Shown here: in pieces, positions 27,554 through 42,513 of the stretch
Layout: each line of letters begins with the position of its first letter
Position numbering within the stretch: the stretch's first letter is position 1
From: the human T2T-CHM13v2.0 reference genome, Homo sapiens
Length of the DNA stretch: 64,000 nt
NCBI RefSeq assembly: GCF_009914755.1
Contig: NC_060932.1
Direction: 5' to 3' (one strand)
Made by a program: the position numbers and the translations under genes
The notes under the pieces: generated by a model
What the model was told of the DNA's origin: nothing
Databases searched by the model: none
Seen by the model: only the letters and a program-made list of their open reading frames with translations

Positions 27554-28700
27554 TATTGGGGGAACCTGCCCCCAATATTTCAATGTACGTTCTTTCTATT
27601 TTCCCTAAGTGTTGGCTGGCTGATAAATAAAGAGTACAAAGAGAGCAATTTTGCAGCTGGGCCTCCAGGGGTGACATCACATATCGGTAGGACTGTGATG
27701 CCCACCTGAGCTGCAAAACCAGCAGGTTTTTATTAAGGACTTCAAAAAGGTAGGGGGTATACGAACAGGGAGTAGGTCACAAAGATCACATGCTTCAAAG
27801 GGCAAAAAGGAGAACAAAGATCACATGCTTCTGAGGCCAGTAAAGATCACAAGGCAAAGGGCAAAGCAAAGATCACAAGGCAAAGGGTGAAATCAAAAAC
27901 TCCTGACAAGGGTCTATGTTCAGCTGTGCACGTATTGTCTTGATAAACATCTTAAACAACAGAAAACAGGGTTTGAGAGCAGAGAACAGGTCTGACCTCA
28001 AACTTACCAGGGAGTGTTTTTATCCCCACCCTAATAAGCCTGAGGGTACTGCAGGAGACCAGGGCGTATTTCAGCCCTTATCTCAACTGCATAAGACAGA
28101 CACTACCAGAGAAGCCATTTACAGACCTCCCCCCAGGAATGCATTCCTTTCCCAGGGTCTTAATTATTAATATTCCTTGCTAGAAAAAGAATTCAGTGAT
28201 ATCTTCCCTACTTGCATGTCCTTTTATAGGCTCTCTGCAAGAAGAAAAATATGGCTCTATTCTGCCCAACCCCACAGGCAGTCAGACCTTATGGTTGTCT
28301 TCCCTTGTTCCCTGAAAATCGCTGTTATTCTGTTCTTTTTCAAGGTGCACTGATTTCATATTGTTCAAACACACATGCTTTACAATCAATTTGTACAGTT
28401 AGATACAGTTATAGTGGTCCTGAGGTGACATACATCCTCAGCTTACAAAGATAACAGGATTAAGAGATTAAAGTAAGACAGGTGTAAGAAATTATGAGTA
28501 TTATTTGGGAACTGATAAATGTCCATGAAATCTTCACAATTTATGTTCAGAGATTGCAGTAAAGACAGGCGTAAGAAATTATGAAAGTATTAATTTTGGG
28601 AACTGATGTGTCCATATTAAAATGAAATCTTCACAATTTATGTTCCTCTGCTGTGGCTCCAGCAAGTCCCTCTGTTTGGGGTCCCTGACTTCCTGCAACA
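27554..28700 (-). mobile_element. MER11A (HERV-K11/HML-8) solo LTR
   Basis: Minus strand begins tgttgcaggaagtcagggacccc; 1147 bp; perfect 6-bp TSD CTCACT (27548-27553, 28701-28706); internal caaagatcaca repeats and ~85-bp internal duplication. Confidence 0.93.
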
Positions 28701-30339
28701 CTCACTAGCAGAGGAAATGGTACTAGCTACAGAATCCAACCTACTTGGCAGATACCCTGGGGTAAGCCTAGGCTGGAAACCATTCTACTCAGTCTCACTC
28801 TCCAAAAAGAGTTGGGGAAACTAAGGACCTCAGTGTCCCAGCCTCAGAGAATCAAAAGAAGGGCCAAGAGGCTCAGGAGAAATGTCTGTAGCCTTATCCC
28901 TGAGAGATTATTGCACAGTTCACACATCAGCTACCTGGTGTTGGGCAACAAGAATGGACAAAAGGAACACAGGCTGGTATGGCAATGGGATGGGGAAGCA
29001 GAGCCCAATGTTCTCTTCCAAGCTGAGGAGCACACAGATGCCCACATTATGGGTTTCTTCAGAACATGGGAAGACCACACCTGGGAGACTTAGGAATGCC
29101 CTGGCAGAGGGAGGAAACTCTCACTGTTATGTTCTGTGCTCCTGCAGACTGTTCATTCCTGGCCAAGCCCAGGCTGGTGCCAGGGAAGAAGGGGCAGGAC
29201 AGGAGGTCAGGGAAGAGAACTGGGATCCGGCCAGGTGTGTGCATGGTGGGTTCAAATTATTAATAGGGACCAAGGAGTCCAATCACAGATACTGAGCCAA
29301 AAAGGCAGGGTGGATCCAAATAGTCACGCAGCCTGAGGCCCACAGTCTCCAGACACTTCCCACATCCCCACACACACCTGCAGCTGGGAAGAGGCTGCTG
29401 ATGTGCTGCTCATGCCGCCTGGAGCTTTGGGGACCTAAGTCTGACGGTGGAGCCTGTTAAAGTCTGTGACTAGATGGCTCCCTATGACTGAAGGAATTTC
29501 AGATTTCTTTAACTGGTATTCATCATTGGCTATGAACCTCATTTCTCATACATCCTTTTACACCTCACATGTTGGAGTGGTGTCAGGATTATTTTTAAAA
29601 TGAGGAAAATATCCTACAGCAGAGTTATGAAGCACCTAGCACTGGCCTGGCACATAGTAGATGCTCAGGAAGCAAAATTTTCTTTCTCTCTCTCCTCTTC
29701 CTAAAGATATCTGACAAAGGCTGGTTGGATTGAATTAAATTTACTGTAACTATCTCATCTGCCTGGAAGCCTTCCTTTTGTGTATGTGTGTGTATGTGAA
29801 TTGCCTGCTGAGTGACATGTATTCACTTTCATCTGGGGTTTTAAATTCAATTGAATAAAAGTCACCGTAGGAAACAATGCTTCTTCGAAGAAAATGCAGG
29901 AAAAGTTATAGCTGAGCTTCAACTTGTCCACCAAAGCTGACCAAGAAGATGAGACATTAGAGAAATAAAACATCTCTATTTTCTGAAACATATATACACA
30001 GAGGAAGAAAAAAAGCTATCTATAATAATTTTCAATTTGAGAGAGGTGGTGACCTGTAGCTGGCTACTATAATAGGAAAATTTGATTGTGCTGAATCCGG
30101 TTTAAAAAAAAAAAAAGAGGCCCAGAAAAGTTGTAAGTAGTAGTAGGAGGAGGGGCAGCGCTGCTTTGAGGGGCAGAGGTCGCTAGTATCAGTGGCATGA
30201 CCATGTGAATGACTGGCCTTGGAAGTGGTGTGCACAAAACACTGCTACTGTCATCCCTGACTTCGGTGGGCCACGCTTTGGAGACAGCTTTGCTGAACCC
30301 AGTCACAGAGTGTGAGGGAGAAGCAGGGAGCTGACGCAG

Positions 30340-30580
30340 CATGCAGCACAGTGGTTAGGAGACTGGCTTTGGAGTCAGACAGGCCCAGCTTAAATTCTAA
30401 CTCTGATGCCCACTCTCTGGGTGACCTGGAGCCAATTTTCTCACCTTTGTGAACCACAATTTCCTCGGTTGGAAAATAAAGTCTCAAGTCTACCTTGCAG
30501 TATTAGTGTGAGGGTAAATGCAATAAAGCAAGCAAAATTGCTCATTGCCTGGAGCATGGGAAATGCTCAAGCAATCACTC
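30340..30580 (+). mobile_element. MIR SINE
   Basis: cagtggttagga..ggctttggagtcagacag...gggtgacctgg..accttgcagtattagtgtgaggg. Confidence 0.8.
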
Positions 30581-31112
30581 ATTTTCGAGTTCATTCATTG
30601 TGGGAGCCTGGACTCTGGGAATTAAGAAACTGGGAGAGAGTAGGATAAGAGTCTAGTTGGGTACAGGTTTGTCTTAATAGTCTCTAGTTCCCTGCCAATT
30701 AAAGACTAGTTGGTTCCTGAAGGGTGCCCATTCCCTTGGGAATATAATGCCCATCAATAGATTGTCATCTACTTTGAGAAATGTACAACAAGCTCTTTTT
30801 AAATAAGGTGCATCACACATGCCTGGTAAAGGCATGTTTGACCTTTATGCTTTGTTTTCAAACCCATCAGAAGTTAGACTTCAACTAATTCAGCAAGGCC
30901 CCATCATGTATTAGAAAAAGTCTGAGTTCTGAAGTCATAAAGGCAGAGGTTTGTATCTGGCTCATCATTTTTGAGTCTTTAATTAACATACATTTATTGA
31001 AGCTGGCCCAGTTAAAGGTATGCGGGGAGCCAAGGTTGGGGGGTTATATGCAGAAATTGATTACAGCAATCAATACCTTCATGATAATCTTAGTCCATTA
31101 GAAAAGTAAGAG

Positions 31113-31276
31113 GCACGTGCCTGTGGTCCCAGCTACTCCAGAGGCTGAAGTGGGAAGATCACCTGAGCCCAGGGAAGTTGAGGCTACAGTGAGCCGTGAT
31201 CACTCCACTGCACTCCAGTGGGAAACCCAGTGAGACTCTATCTCAAAACAAAAAAACAAAATAAAACAAAAACGTA
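31113..31276 (+). mobile_element. 5'-truncated AluJ/FRAM (right monomer only)
   Basis: gcctgtggtcccagctact..gaagatcacctgagcccagg; A-rich tail; perfect 13-bp TSD agaaaagtaagag (31100-31112, 31277-31289). Confidence 0.88.
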
Positions 31277-31605
31277 AGAAAAGTAAGAGCCATAAACGCA
31301 GGCATGTAAAATGATGTACAAGTTCAGAGATGGAGGGATACTCTGCAGATTATGGAGTACACCAAGCCCTCCTGAAGATTGTATGTTTCCAGAAGATTTC
31401 CTGAGACAGATAATACCTGAACACAGTCTCAAGGGATAAAGAGAATGAGTTTGGGGGTGAGACAATTTAAACAGAGAGAGGCTTTGTATTCTTGTACTTT
31501 CATTTTCCCTGAATATGAAATAGAAACAGCATCTATCTCACAGGGTCATTGCCGGCATTGAGATTCTAATGCATTGGAGATTGTTTCACTGAATAACAGC
31601 ATCTG

Positions 31606-32103
31606 TGCTGTGGTTTGAGTGTTTGTCCCCTCCAAAACTCATGTTGGAATTTAATTCTCAATGTGGCAGTATTGAGAGGTGGGACTTTTTTGTTGTTGTT
31701 GCTCATTTATTTTATTTTATTTTTTTTACTTTTCAAGCTAGAAGGGGAGAGGTGGGACTTTTAAGAGGTGCTTGTGTGATGAGGGCTCTGCCCTCGTGAA
31801 TGAATTTTTACATTCATGACTTAATGGTTTAATGGGTTGATGGATTAATGGGTTATCATGGGAGTGGAACTGGTGTCTTTTTAAGGAGAGGAAGAAAGAC
31901 CTGAGCTAACATGCTCACCCCCTCACCATGTGAAGCCCTGTGCCACCTTGCGACCTCACAGAGTCCCTGCCAGCAGGAGGGTCCTCACCAGATGTGCCCC
32001 CTCAGCATTGTACTTAGCCTCCATAACTGTAAGAAATAAATTTTTTTATGAATTACCCAGTTTCAGGCTTTCTGTTATAAGCAACAGAAAATGGCCTAAG
32101 ATA
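31606..32103 (+). mobile_element. MSTC-like MaLR solo LTR
   Basis: tgctgtggtttgagtgtttgtcccctccaaaactcatgttg...ggattaatgggttatcatgggagtggaactgg...cctaagata; TSD atctg/agctg. Confidence 0.85.
31690..31746 (-). mobile_element. 57-nt retrotransposed insert (short unique head plus A-rich tail)
   Basis: Perfect 16-bp direct repeat gagaggtgggactttt (31674-31689, 31747-31762) ending at a TTTT/AA L1-endonuclease site. Confidence 0.75.
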
Positions 32104-33210
32104 AGCTGTGAGCATTAACTTAATACAACTTTGTTAATTTGATAGCTAAAATATTTTAACATTGTGATATAAATTCATTTTTATAATTAGTGCAATAAAG
32201 TATTTTTTATATAATTGTTACTCATTTATATTTTTACTTTGCGAACTTCCTACTTTTGCGCTTGGCACATAAAAGCTCAAGCTTTAGAAGTCATTGCAGT
32301 GCCTAGAAGAGTGATACACAATATGAAATAAATGAGATGGGAGGAAGTGTCAATGGTTATAAATTCTAGGTGATGAGAAGACTTAGAGAGCTGGTCCAAG
32401 ACATACAGAACTGTGTTTCTGAGATATATCATGGATTTCTTGAATTGAAACAAATTTTGATGGTCATTTTACCCCTCACCATGAAGATAACCCTTTATTT
32501 CTAATTATCTAATTAACACATTCACCCTTTAATGATCTATTCCTATTTCCAAGTGGAAGTCCTGTTGTGGCCCTGGAGACTCAGAGATGGACGAGGCATT
32601 GTCTCTGCCCTTGGGGACTGTATTCCACTAGAGAGGGTGACATGTGAGTAGATCTTTTAAATATAATATTATCACTGCAGAGACAAGGCTGTGTCAGGGG
32701 CTGCGGGAGGAGTGCTTGGTGCCCACTGTGGGGGCTTATAGCAGTCTTCCTAGACAGGGGATAAGCCTGGACTTGCACCTCAAATTTGCAGAAATCATTA
32801 CTGACAATGGATCATTGCATGTTTATCTTTCTTGGATTTACTCTGAGTAATTCCTTGTTCTCTGTGAAATCTGTCTATTTTGTGATTAAGAATGGGAAAT
32901 GCACACAGAATTATTGGTGTTTGTTAATCTAGTTTAGATATCCAGAGCATAATCAATGACTGGATATGACACTTTTGCCAAGAGGAGAATCAGCTGTGTG
33001 CACCAGTGTTCTGTGTGTGGTGGATGCAGCGTGCTGCTCACAGCTCATGACCGGGGCATGGATCCCAGGACTCAGTCAGTAGTAACTTTCTGTGACATGT
33101 TAGATAAGATCCTTGTCAACCCCACTCTTGGATTTCCACTCTTTTATCTATTCATCCATTTGTCACATATTTATTTAACACTTATTATGTGACCGGCTTT
33201 ATTTCTAAGC

Positions 33211-33934
33211 ATGGATCAGCAAAAATTTGATTAAAAGGGCAAGAAAATAAACATTTTAGTCTTTGTAGGCTAAAACACATAATCAAATATATTATATCAA
33301 GGTACTACATAAGAAGAAAGAAAACAAGTTTCTAAAATTTTTTAACTGATGAAATTAAACTATAATAATATTTGACTACATACAAAAATCGGCCTACTAA
33401 TTAAAAAAAAGGAATTAATCTTTTGGATGCTATGGTATGAATGTTTGTGACCTTCAGACATTCATATGTTGGAACCTAATCTCCAATGCAATGGAATTAA
33501 GAAGTGGGGTCTTTGAGAGATGATTATGTCCTAAGGACTGCACCCTCACAAATGGGATTAGTGCGCTTACAAAAGAGGCCTGAGGGAGCTTGTTGGCCCC
33601 TTCCACTATTTGACAGTGCAGCAAGGTGTCATTTTTAAAGCAAAGAGTAAATTCTCATCAGACCCCAAATCTGCTGGTGCCTTGATCTTGGCCTTACCAG
33701 CCTCCAGAACTATTGTTTGTAAGTTACCCAGTCTAAGGTATTTTTTTTATAGCAACCTGAATGGACTAACACACTGGATGATAACATTTCACTTAGTTGA
33801 GGTGCAAAGTTAGTGTTCCCTATCATCGAATTGATTACAATTATTGATCTCTAAAAGCAATTTTTATCTTGCAAGCCCATAGAAATAGGCAGTCAGCTGT
33901 ATTTAGTCCATGAACCATGGTTTGATGACCTCTG
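33211..33934. mobile_element. MER58-family hAT-Charlie element (inside L2, interrupted by MLT1A)
   Basis: atcagcaaa..aaagggcaagaaaataaacattttagtctttgtaggc ... ggtttgatgacctctg; 8-bp TSD ttctaagc/ttctaaac. Confidence 0.7.
33428..33773 (+). mobile_element. MLT1A-like MaLR solo LTR
   Basis: tgctatggtatgaatgtttgtg...aatctgctggtgccttgatcttgg...ggactaacaca; TSD ttgga/ctgga. Confidence 0.87.
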
Positions 33935-34049
33935 TTCTAAACACTAGAATGTAGATGTGAACATGTGAATAAAATCAAGTCAATTTCCTCATGGAGACTG
34001 CATTCTAATAGGGGTGACAGACAGCAAACCAAAAACTATAAAGACTTTA

Positions 34050-34465
34050 AGAGATGCAACACTAAGGAAAATATAGAAATGACTAATAAACACATAAAGA
34101 AGACGCTCAACATCATTTGTCACCATGGACATACAATTAAAAACTTCAGGAGACACCACTTTAAAGGCACTAGAATGGTTTTAAAGAAAAAACTGACAAT
34201 GCCAAATGTTGGTGAAGTTTTGAGCATCTGGTTAATTCCTTACACCACTGAGAGGGTAAAATGGAACAGCTGGTAGTTTCTTTTAAAGTTAACAGTATAC
34301 TTACCCTCTGATGTAGAGATTATGCTACTAGGTATTTACCAAAGAAAGAAGAAAATACACATCTACACAGACGCTTATGTGAGAATATTTAGAACAGCTC
34401 GATCTGTAATAGCTCCAAACTGAAATCAACCCAAATGCACATTAATGGGAGAATAGGAAAACACA
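34050..34465 (+). mobile_element. L1ME-like ORF2 3' fragment (part 1)
   Basis: ORF 33965-34276 resembles degenerate ORF2p C-terminus (KENIEMTNKHIKK...NVGE...VKWN); ends at ggagaataggaaaacaca. Confidence 0.75.
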
Positions 34466-35280
34466 TCTTGTCCCACTGGAAGGTCTTCAGGGGCAATAAC
34501 AGACATGGAGCTGTCATCTCCTAGGATAACAAGGCTTTCTTCTGGAATACCTCTTGAAGAACCTGCCTGAGACTGTTTTACAGTTAACTTAAACAAATAA
34601 GCAGAAGGAGTATACTCTAAAATAAAGATGAAAAGTAGAATGTAGTAAATATATAACCATTAACATAGTCATTTATTATTATTATCTAGTATTATGTACT
34701 ATTTGTAACTGTATGTGCTATACTTTTATATGGCTGGCAGTACAGTGGGTTTATTTACACCATGTATTAGTCTGTTCTCACACTGCTATAAGGACACACC
34801 CAAGACTGGGTAATTGATAAAAGAAAGAGATTTAATTGACTCACAGTTCTGCATGGCTGGGGAGGCCTCAGGAAACTTACAATCATGGCAGATGGCACCT
34901 CTTCAAAGGGCAGCAGGAGAGAGAAGTGCTCAGCGAAGAGGGAAGCCCCTTATAAAACCATCAGACCTCATGAAAACTCACTATCATGAGAACAAGATGG
35001 GGGAAACCACCCCCATGATTCAATTACCTCTACCTTGTCCCTCCCACAACACATGGGGATCGTGGGAACTATAATTCAAAATGAGATTTGGGTGGGGACA
35101 CAACCAAACCATATTAGAGCAGCATCACCACCACAGACAGGCAAGTAATAGGTTGTGCTACAACATGATGGCTACAGTCACTAGGTGGTAGGGATTTCTC
35201 AGCTTCATTATAATCTCAAGGGATGGCTGTCATGTATGAGGTTCATCATTGACCAAAACATCTTATACAGCATATGACTG
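34466..35280 (+). mobile_element. Tigger3/Golem (Tigger3b-like) 3' part
   Basis: tcttgtcccactggaaggtcttcaggggcaataac..atggagctgtcatctcc...cattgaccaaaacatcttatacagcatatgactg followed by TA. Confidence 0.85.
34763..35116 (-). mobile_element. THE1D-like MaLR solo LTR
   Basis: tgtattagtctgttctcacactgct...ggggaggcctcaggaaacttacaatcatggcag...gagatttgggtggggacaca..caaaccatat. Confidence 0.9.
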
Positions 35281-35804
35281 TATTTTTTTCTTCTCCCTGA
35301 AGAACTTCTTTTGGCATTTCTTTTGGAGCAGGTTTACTGACCCTAAGTTTTCTCAGTTTTTGTTTGTCTGAGAAAGTCCTTATTTCTCCTTTACTTTTGA
35401 AGGATAATTTTGCCAAACCTTGGAATCTAGATACATGTTTTTTACTATTTTGACACTTTAAATATTTCAGTTCACTGTTGTATTCTAGTATGACTTCTTA
35501 TGAGAAACCTGCTGTGATTCTCATCTTTGTTCCTCAGAAAGCAAGGTGTTTTGTGTTTTCCCTTCCAGCCTTCTTTCAAGTTTCTCTCTCTCTCTCTCTC
35601 TTTTTTTTTTTTGTTATTTTCTTTCTGCAGTTAGAATAGGATAGGTGTAGCTATTTTTTTTTGTATTTATTTCTGTTAGTTCTCTGAGCTTCCTGCATTT
35701 GTAGTTTGGTGCATGTCATTAATTTTTGATAAATTATTGGCTATATTGCTCCAAATATTTCTTCTGCACTACTTTTTTTCCTTCTGATATTTGAATTATA
35801 CATG

Positions 35805-36529
35805 CAGTAGCCACTCTTATCTTCATCTTTGCTTTCTGTAGTTTCAGTTGCCCATGATCAATCACAGTTCTAAAATAGTAAATAGAAAATTCCAAAAATA
35901 AAAAATTAAAATTTTAGATTGTGCACCATTTTGAGTAGGGTGATGATATCTCTTGCCATGAGAGCTGTGTGATGAAATCTCTTGCCCGAAACGTGATTCA
36001 TCCCTTTGTCCAGCATATCTGCACTGTGTACACTATCTGCTAGTTAGTCACTTAGCCATCTCAGTTATCTGCTACTGTGACATCACAGTGCTTATATTCA
36101 AATAAACCTGATTTTACTTAAGAATGGCCACAAAACACAAGAGTAATTATGCTGGCAATTTGTATACACCAAAAAGAAGCTATAAAATGCTTCATTTAAG
36201 TGAAAAGGCAAAAGTTTATGACTTAGTAAGTAAACAAAAAAAAATCAATGCTGGGGTTGCTAAAATCTATGGTAAGAACAAATCTCTCTGTGAAACTGAG
36301 AAGAAAGAAAAAAAATTGTAGTTTTGCTGTCATACCTCAAACTGCAAAAGTTATTGCCACAAGGCATGGTATGTGCTTAGTTAAGATAGAAAAGGCATTT
36401 AATTTGTGGGTGGAAGACACAAACAAAAACATGGTCTGATTGACAGCAATCAGGTTGGGAATATTTTCAGTTTCAAGCATTTACTGGGGGTCTTGGAATG
36501 TATCTCTTGTGAACAAGGAGGAAGTACTG
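35805..36529 (+). mobile_element. MER44C (Tigger7-derived)
   Basis: cagtag...tactg termini; ORFs 36124-36439 give a frameshifted CENP-B-type HTH transposase N-terminus (KRSYKMLHLSEKAKV...KIEKAFNLWVED). Confidence 0.85.
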
Positions 36530-36844
36530 TATGTTACATCGTTTAAAATTGTCCCATAATTCTTGGATATTGTTCTGTTCTTATTTTATTTCTCTTATTT
36601 CTCTTTGCATTTCAGTTTGGTAAGTTATTATTGCCCAATTCTCAAGATCACTGGTTATTTCCTAATTCATGTCAAGTCTAGTGATAAGCCCATCAAATGC
36701 ATTTTTAATTTTTATTGATGTTTTTTATTTCCAGTGTTTTCTTTTGATTCTTTCTTAGAATTTCCATATTTATCTTTACATTACTCTTTTTTTTGCCTGT
36801 TGTCTACTTTTTTTACATTAGAGTTCTTAAGACATTAATCATAG

Positions 36845-37189
<345 letters not shown>

Positions 37190-38257
37190 CATTTTAAATT
37201 TCTTATCTGATGATTCTAACATCTACGTTATAGCTGATTATGATATTTGCTTTGTTTCTTCAGAGTATTTTTTTGACTTTTATTTAGCATGCTTTGTAAT
37301 ATTTTGCCAAAATATGGGCATGATATATCACATAATGGGAAGTGAGGTCAGTGGCACTTTAGTATGAGGTTATTGGTTAATCTTGCTAGGAGTTGTGCTT
37401 TGTTTAATGTTTGCTGTATCTGTAGGTACCAGAGTCTTCACATTCCTCTAGCATCCTTGCTTTTGTCTTCCTTGTTGACATTAGGTTTCCCTAAATACTC
37501 CTCCTCAGAGAGAATTTGCATCTTACAGTTCTTTCAGCTGAAATCTACTATTAGTATACCAGAGCCCTGTTGATATGGTGGTAAACTGAGAGAAAGGAGA
37601 AGTGTTCTATAAATCTTATGAGTAAATCTCGATCTTTTATTGGCCTGTATTTCTGGGCTTTGATTTTCAGTGTTTCTGAGCTTTCCCCATTCAACACCCT
37701 TAGTTGAGTCAGGAAGACTAGAGGGATTTAAGTGGGTGAAATGTTTTCTCTCAAGTGGGATAAACTCTAGTAAAATCCCTTCCCAACCTGAACTAGAAGA
37801 TTTTTCTGTGGATAATGCCCCAGGGCAAGGAATAATGTTTGCCCATGGGCAAGGTACAAGGAATAATCTTTCCTTTCCCCTGCCAGGATTACAAGGTGCT
37901 CTTTCTCAGGTCTTCACCATTGGAACCCACTGGGGTTTCTGGAAGTAAAACCCACAAAAGTATGTGGGCTTGCCTAAAACTTTATATTAGTCTCACTTGG
38001 CCTCCAGAAATTTGTAAAAATTACCATTGAGCTGCTTCTGCCAGTTTATGGCTTTAGCCACTTCTGCTCTAGGTAAGCAGATCTCAGCTGTGATTCTCTA
38101 TTCACCTGTCTTTGCAGATTCTGGGGTGGCAGTTTTCCTGTAACCTCAGTTCTCTAATAGGTCTAACAGAAGTCATTGATTTTCATAGTTCAACTTTGTT
38201 TTGTTGTAAGGATGAAAGAGACTACTCTCAAGCTCTTTATATGTTGGGCCAAAGTCC

Positions 38258-38660
38258 AATTGTGCTACATTTGTGCAATGGAATTACACTCAGCAATAAA
38301 AAATAATGAACAACTAACACATTAAACATTATAGAGTGAATCTTGAATACATTTTTCTGAGCAAAGTAAGATAGACACTAAGATGAAAATGTATGATTCA
38401 AGTTTTATGAAGTTTACCAACAGGCAAAACTAATCAGTGTTGGTAGAAGTCAGAACAGTGGCTGCCTCTGAGGGAAGGTCAGGAATTGACTGGAAGAGAG
38501 AGTGAGAGAAGTTTCTGGTATGATGGAAATGTTTCATATCTTGACTGGGACACTGGCTACACAAGTATATGCATTTGTCAAAAATCATCTAACTCTACAC
38601 TTAAAATATGTGCATTTCACTTTGTGTAACTTTTACCTTAATAAAACTCATTTAAAAATA
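38258..38660 (+). mobile_element. L1ME-like 3' end (part 2, continues 34050-34465)
   Basis: caatggaattacactcagcaataaaaa...caggcaaaactaatc..tagaagtcagaacagtggctgcctctg...gtgcatttcact..aataaaa. Confidence 0.8.
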
Positions 38661-40419
38661 GATGTCTTTTGAAGTCATAGAATGGAGGAGGTTGGCTAAA
38701 GAGTGAGTGTGATGAGAAAAGAATGAGCCTGAAGATGGATCCCTGGGGTGCCTCGAGGAACAGAGCAGAAAGACCCAGTAGGGGACCCTGAGGAGGAGCA
38801 GCCCAGTGGGTTCCCCTCTAAAATGAGGGAGTGAATGAGACCAGCATCAAGGTGTCTCTCAGATTCAGAAACACTGCAACAGTAAGGCATGGATCAGGTA
38901 CTGCTCTAATGAGCCCAGGCTCCATATCCAATCACACTGGCTTGTAGAATTCTGCAGAAATCTGGCAGTCAGCGAGCTGAGGATTATGAGGTCCTTCGTG
39001 GTTGTCTCAGTGAAGTGTCTCCCAGTGCAGATGATGTGAATTCCTGGAGCATGTCCACACTTTGCTGGAGTGATAGGAGGAGGAGCAGGGAGAGAACTTG
39101 AACTCCAACCCATGGCTTAGGAATGCTGGAAGTAGGAGGGATAGAAATACACCTTACCAATCGGCCATCTCTAAGTTAGTAATTGAATCCAGTTTGACTC
39201 CGAGCCATGTAGGAGTTCCCTAATGTCCTGAAAGGGTAAGTAAGTGACACTGTGGAGTAAATGTAAGTAAAGCATGCACTTAATATTCATAATCATTAAT
39301 GATAAACCTTGTCTAAATATACATTCTGCCTTGGGATATTAAGAAATGATAATGATGTCTATATTTATATAACCATAAGTGATTGTAGGTAGATTTACAG
39401 ATAGATAGATGATAGGTAGATAATGAGGGTGAAAGGGCATGCTGAAATATTTTTTCCTGTGGAAGTTCAATCAGAATGCAGGCACCTGCTGTAGTGAATA
39501 GATTGGAGAGTGTTTCAGATTCAAGTGAGGTGGGTTGCATCTGGAGGAATGGAGATGGCTGTGAAATTTCAAAGATCATTAAGGAGGTAGACTCATGAGA
39601 GAAAATTGCAGGAATATATAACAAACTGCAGCTATTTTGGAGAAACACCAGGCTGTCATTCTAGATAGAGTATAGAGTAAGGCAAAATCCTAATCTGTGA
39701 GTAGATAGAATGTCAGCTGCTCACACATAGGATCTGCATGATAAGGATTTCAACAAGAACCCTTGGGGTGTTCAAGTTGAGACGCATGGACCAGGAGATT
39801 CTGGGAAGAAGGGGAAGGGCTTGGCTAGTCCCACTGGACTCCTCAGAATGGAGAAGGGCCATTTCAGAGGATCACATCCTCTCTGGTAACAGCATCGATG
39901 AGGGTTAGGGTTCTGTTGCTTCATCTGAGTAGCGTCCAGGAAAAAAGAAGACAGTAAAATACAGATCTAGGGGGAAAAAAAAACCCAATTATTTTTTAGA
40001 GAAAAATCACCAGAAGAAGGAAGTAGAGTGCTGTAAACTGAACAGGAAGAAGTGAAACGAATCCAGACCACAACAAGAGGAGGGCGATACAGGTAAGAAG
40101 AGCAGTGGGAAAGAAGTAGAAGTAACTTGCTTGAAAAGATAAGAGAAAAGCAAAGAATAGAATAGTCACAGGCAACGTAAGGAATAGAATCAGTGTGCGA
40201 GTAAAGGGGATCCCAGCAGTACACATTTCGAGGGTATGAAATAGTCAGGCTTACAGAGGCCTGAGGAGCAATTGAAGGAAGTATGGAGGGGCATGAGTAG
40301 AAAGCCTGAGGTTGTGGGGCACCAAAAGAATCATGTATTACATCCTAGAATCCTCTCTGTGCATAGTCTAAGAGGGAACGTCAGCTGCAGTCTTTGAGCA
40401 AGGATTGACTGTGAATATA

Positions 40420-41720
<1,301 letters not shown>

Positions 41721-42513
41721 GAAGAGTTTTCTTTAGATTTATTGATTAAACCATGCCAAAATAAGTTTACCTTAATAACTACTGATCTTTCTTTCTCAGT
41801 ACACTTTGAGTATATCCTTGTAGGTGATAAATTTGCACATGCACTTTTAAAGATTACTTTTTGTCAAAATGCTTGACTTTCACAAGTAGCTGTTAAATTT
41901 TCGGGAGTTAGTACCCATCAATGGTACAGTAGTGATGTCTGAATACTCGTCTCCAACAGGAATTGTTCCGTTACTACTCCAGGCCACATCTTCATCCCCT
42001 CCAGCATGCCCTTTACACTTGGTGACTGTGTCACTGTTTTTGGTAATGGGCTGGAAAGGAAAGGAAAAGTTATTTAGTTAAATGTTTATTTCACAGTTGC
42101 AAACTGAAGCTCTGATTTTTTAATTAACTTGTCTGAAATCTTCTAGGCTGTTAGTTGCAGAACTGGGCATAAAAATGCAAGTGTACAGACCCAGTCATCC
42201 AAAACGCTTAGTCAACCCAGAGGTCTCACTAAACGAATGAAATTGGTGTTCCATGAAGTCAAAAGATAATTTGAGCAATTATTTGATTGTTGTATAATAT
42301 GTGCATATTATGTAATTTGTTAAGATAATTTGTTCAATAATTTAAATAATTGTTATGTAATTAGAGTATGTGTCATATGCCACCCAAAGATAGAAGATAA
42401 ACCCCATGCAGATATTATCATGTGAAAGATCATATATATATACATTTATATACATACATGTGCATATACAAATTTATAAGTTGCATTATATGCAAGGAGG
42501 AGATAAAAGGAAC

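Noticed and set aside
30165-30190. CTCF-like ggggcagaggtcgctagt
   Set aside because: Lacks the 5' CC(A) of the core and has a G>T change; too weak without ChIP data
39225-39275. Strong donor-like aaagg|gtaagt
   Set aside because: No convincing upstream acceptor or ORF; isolated donor motifs are common
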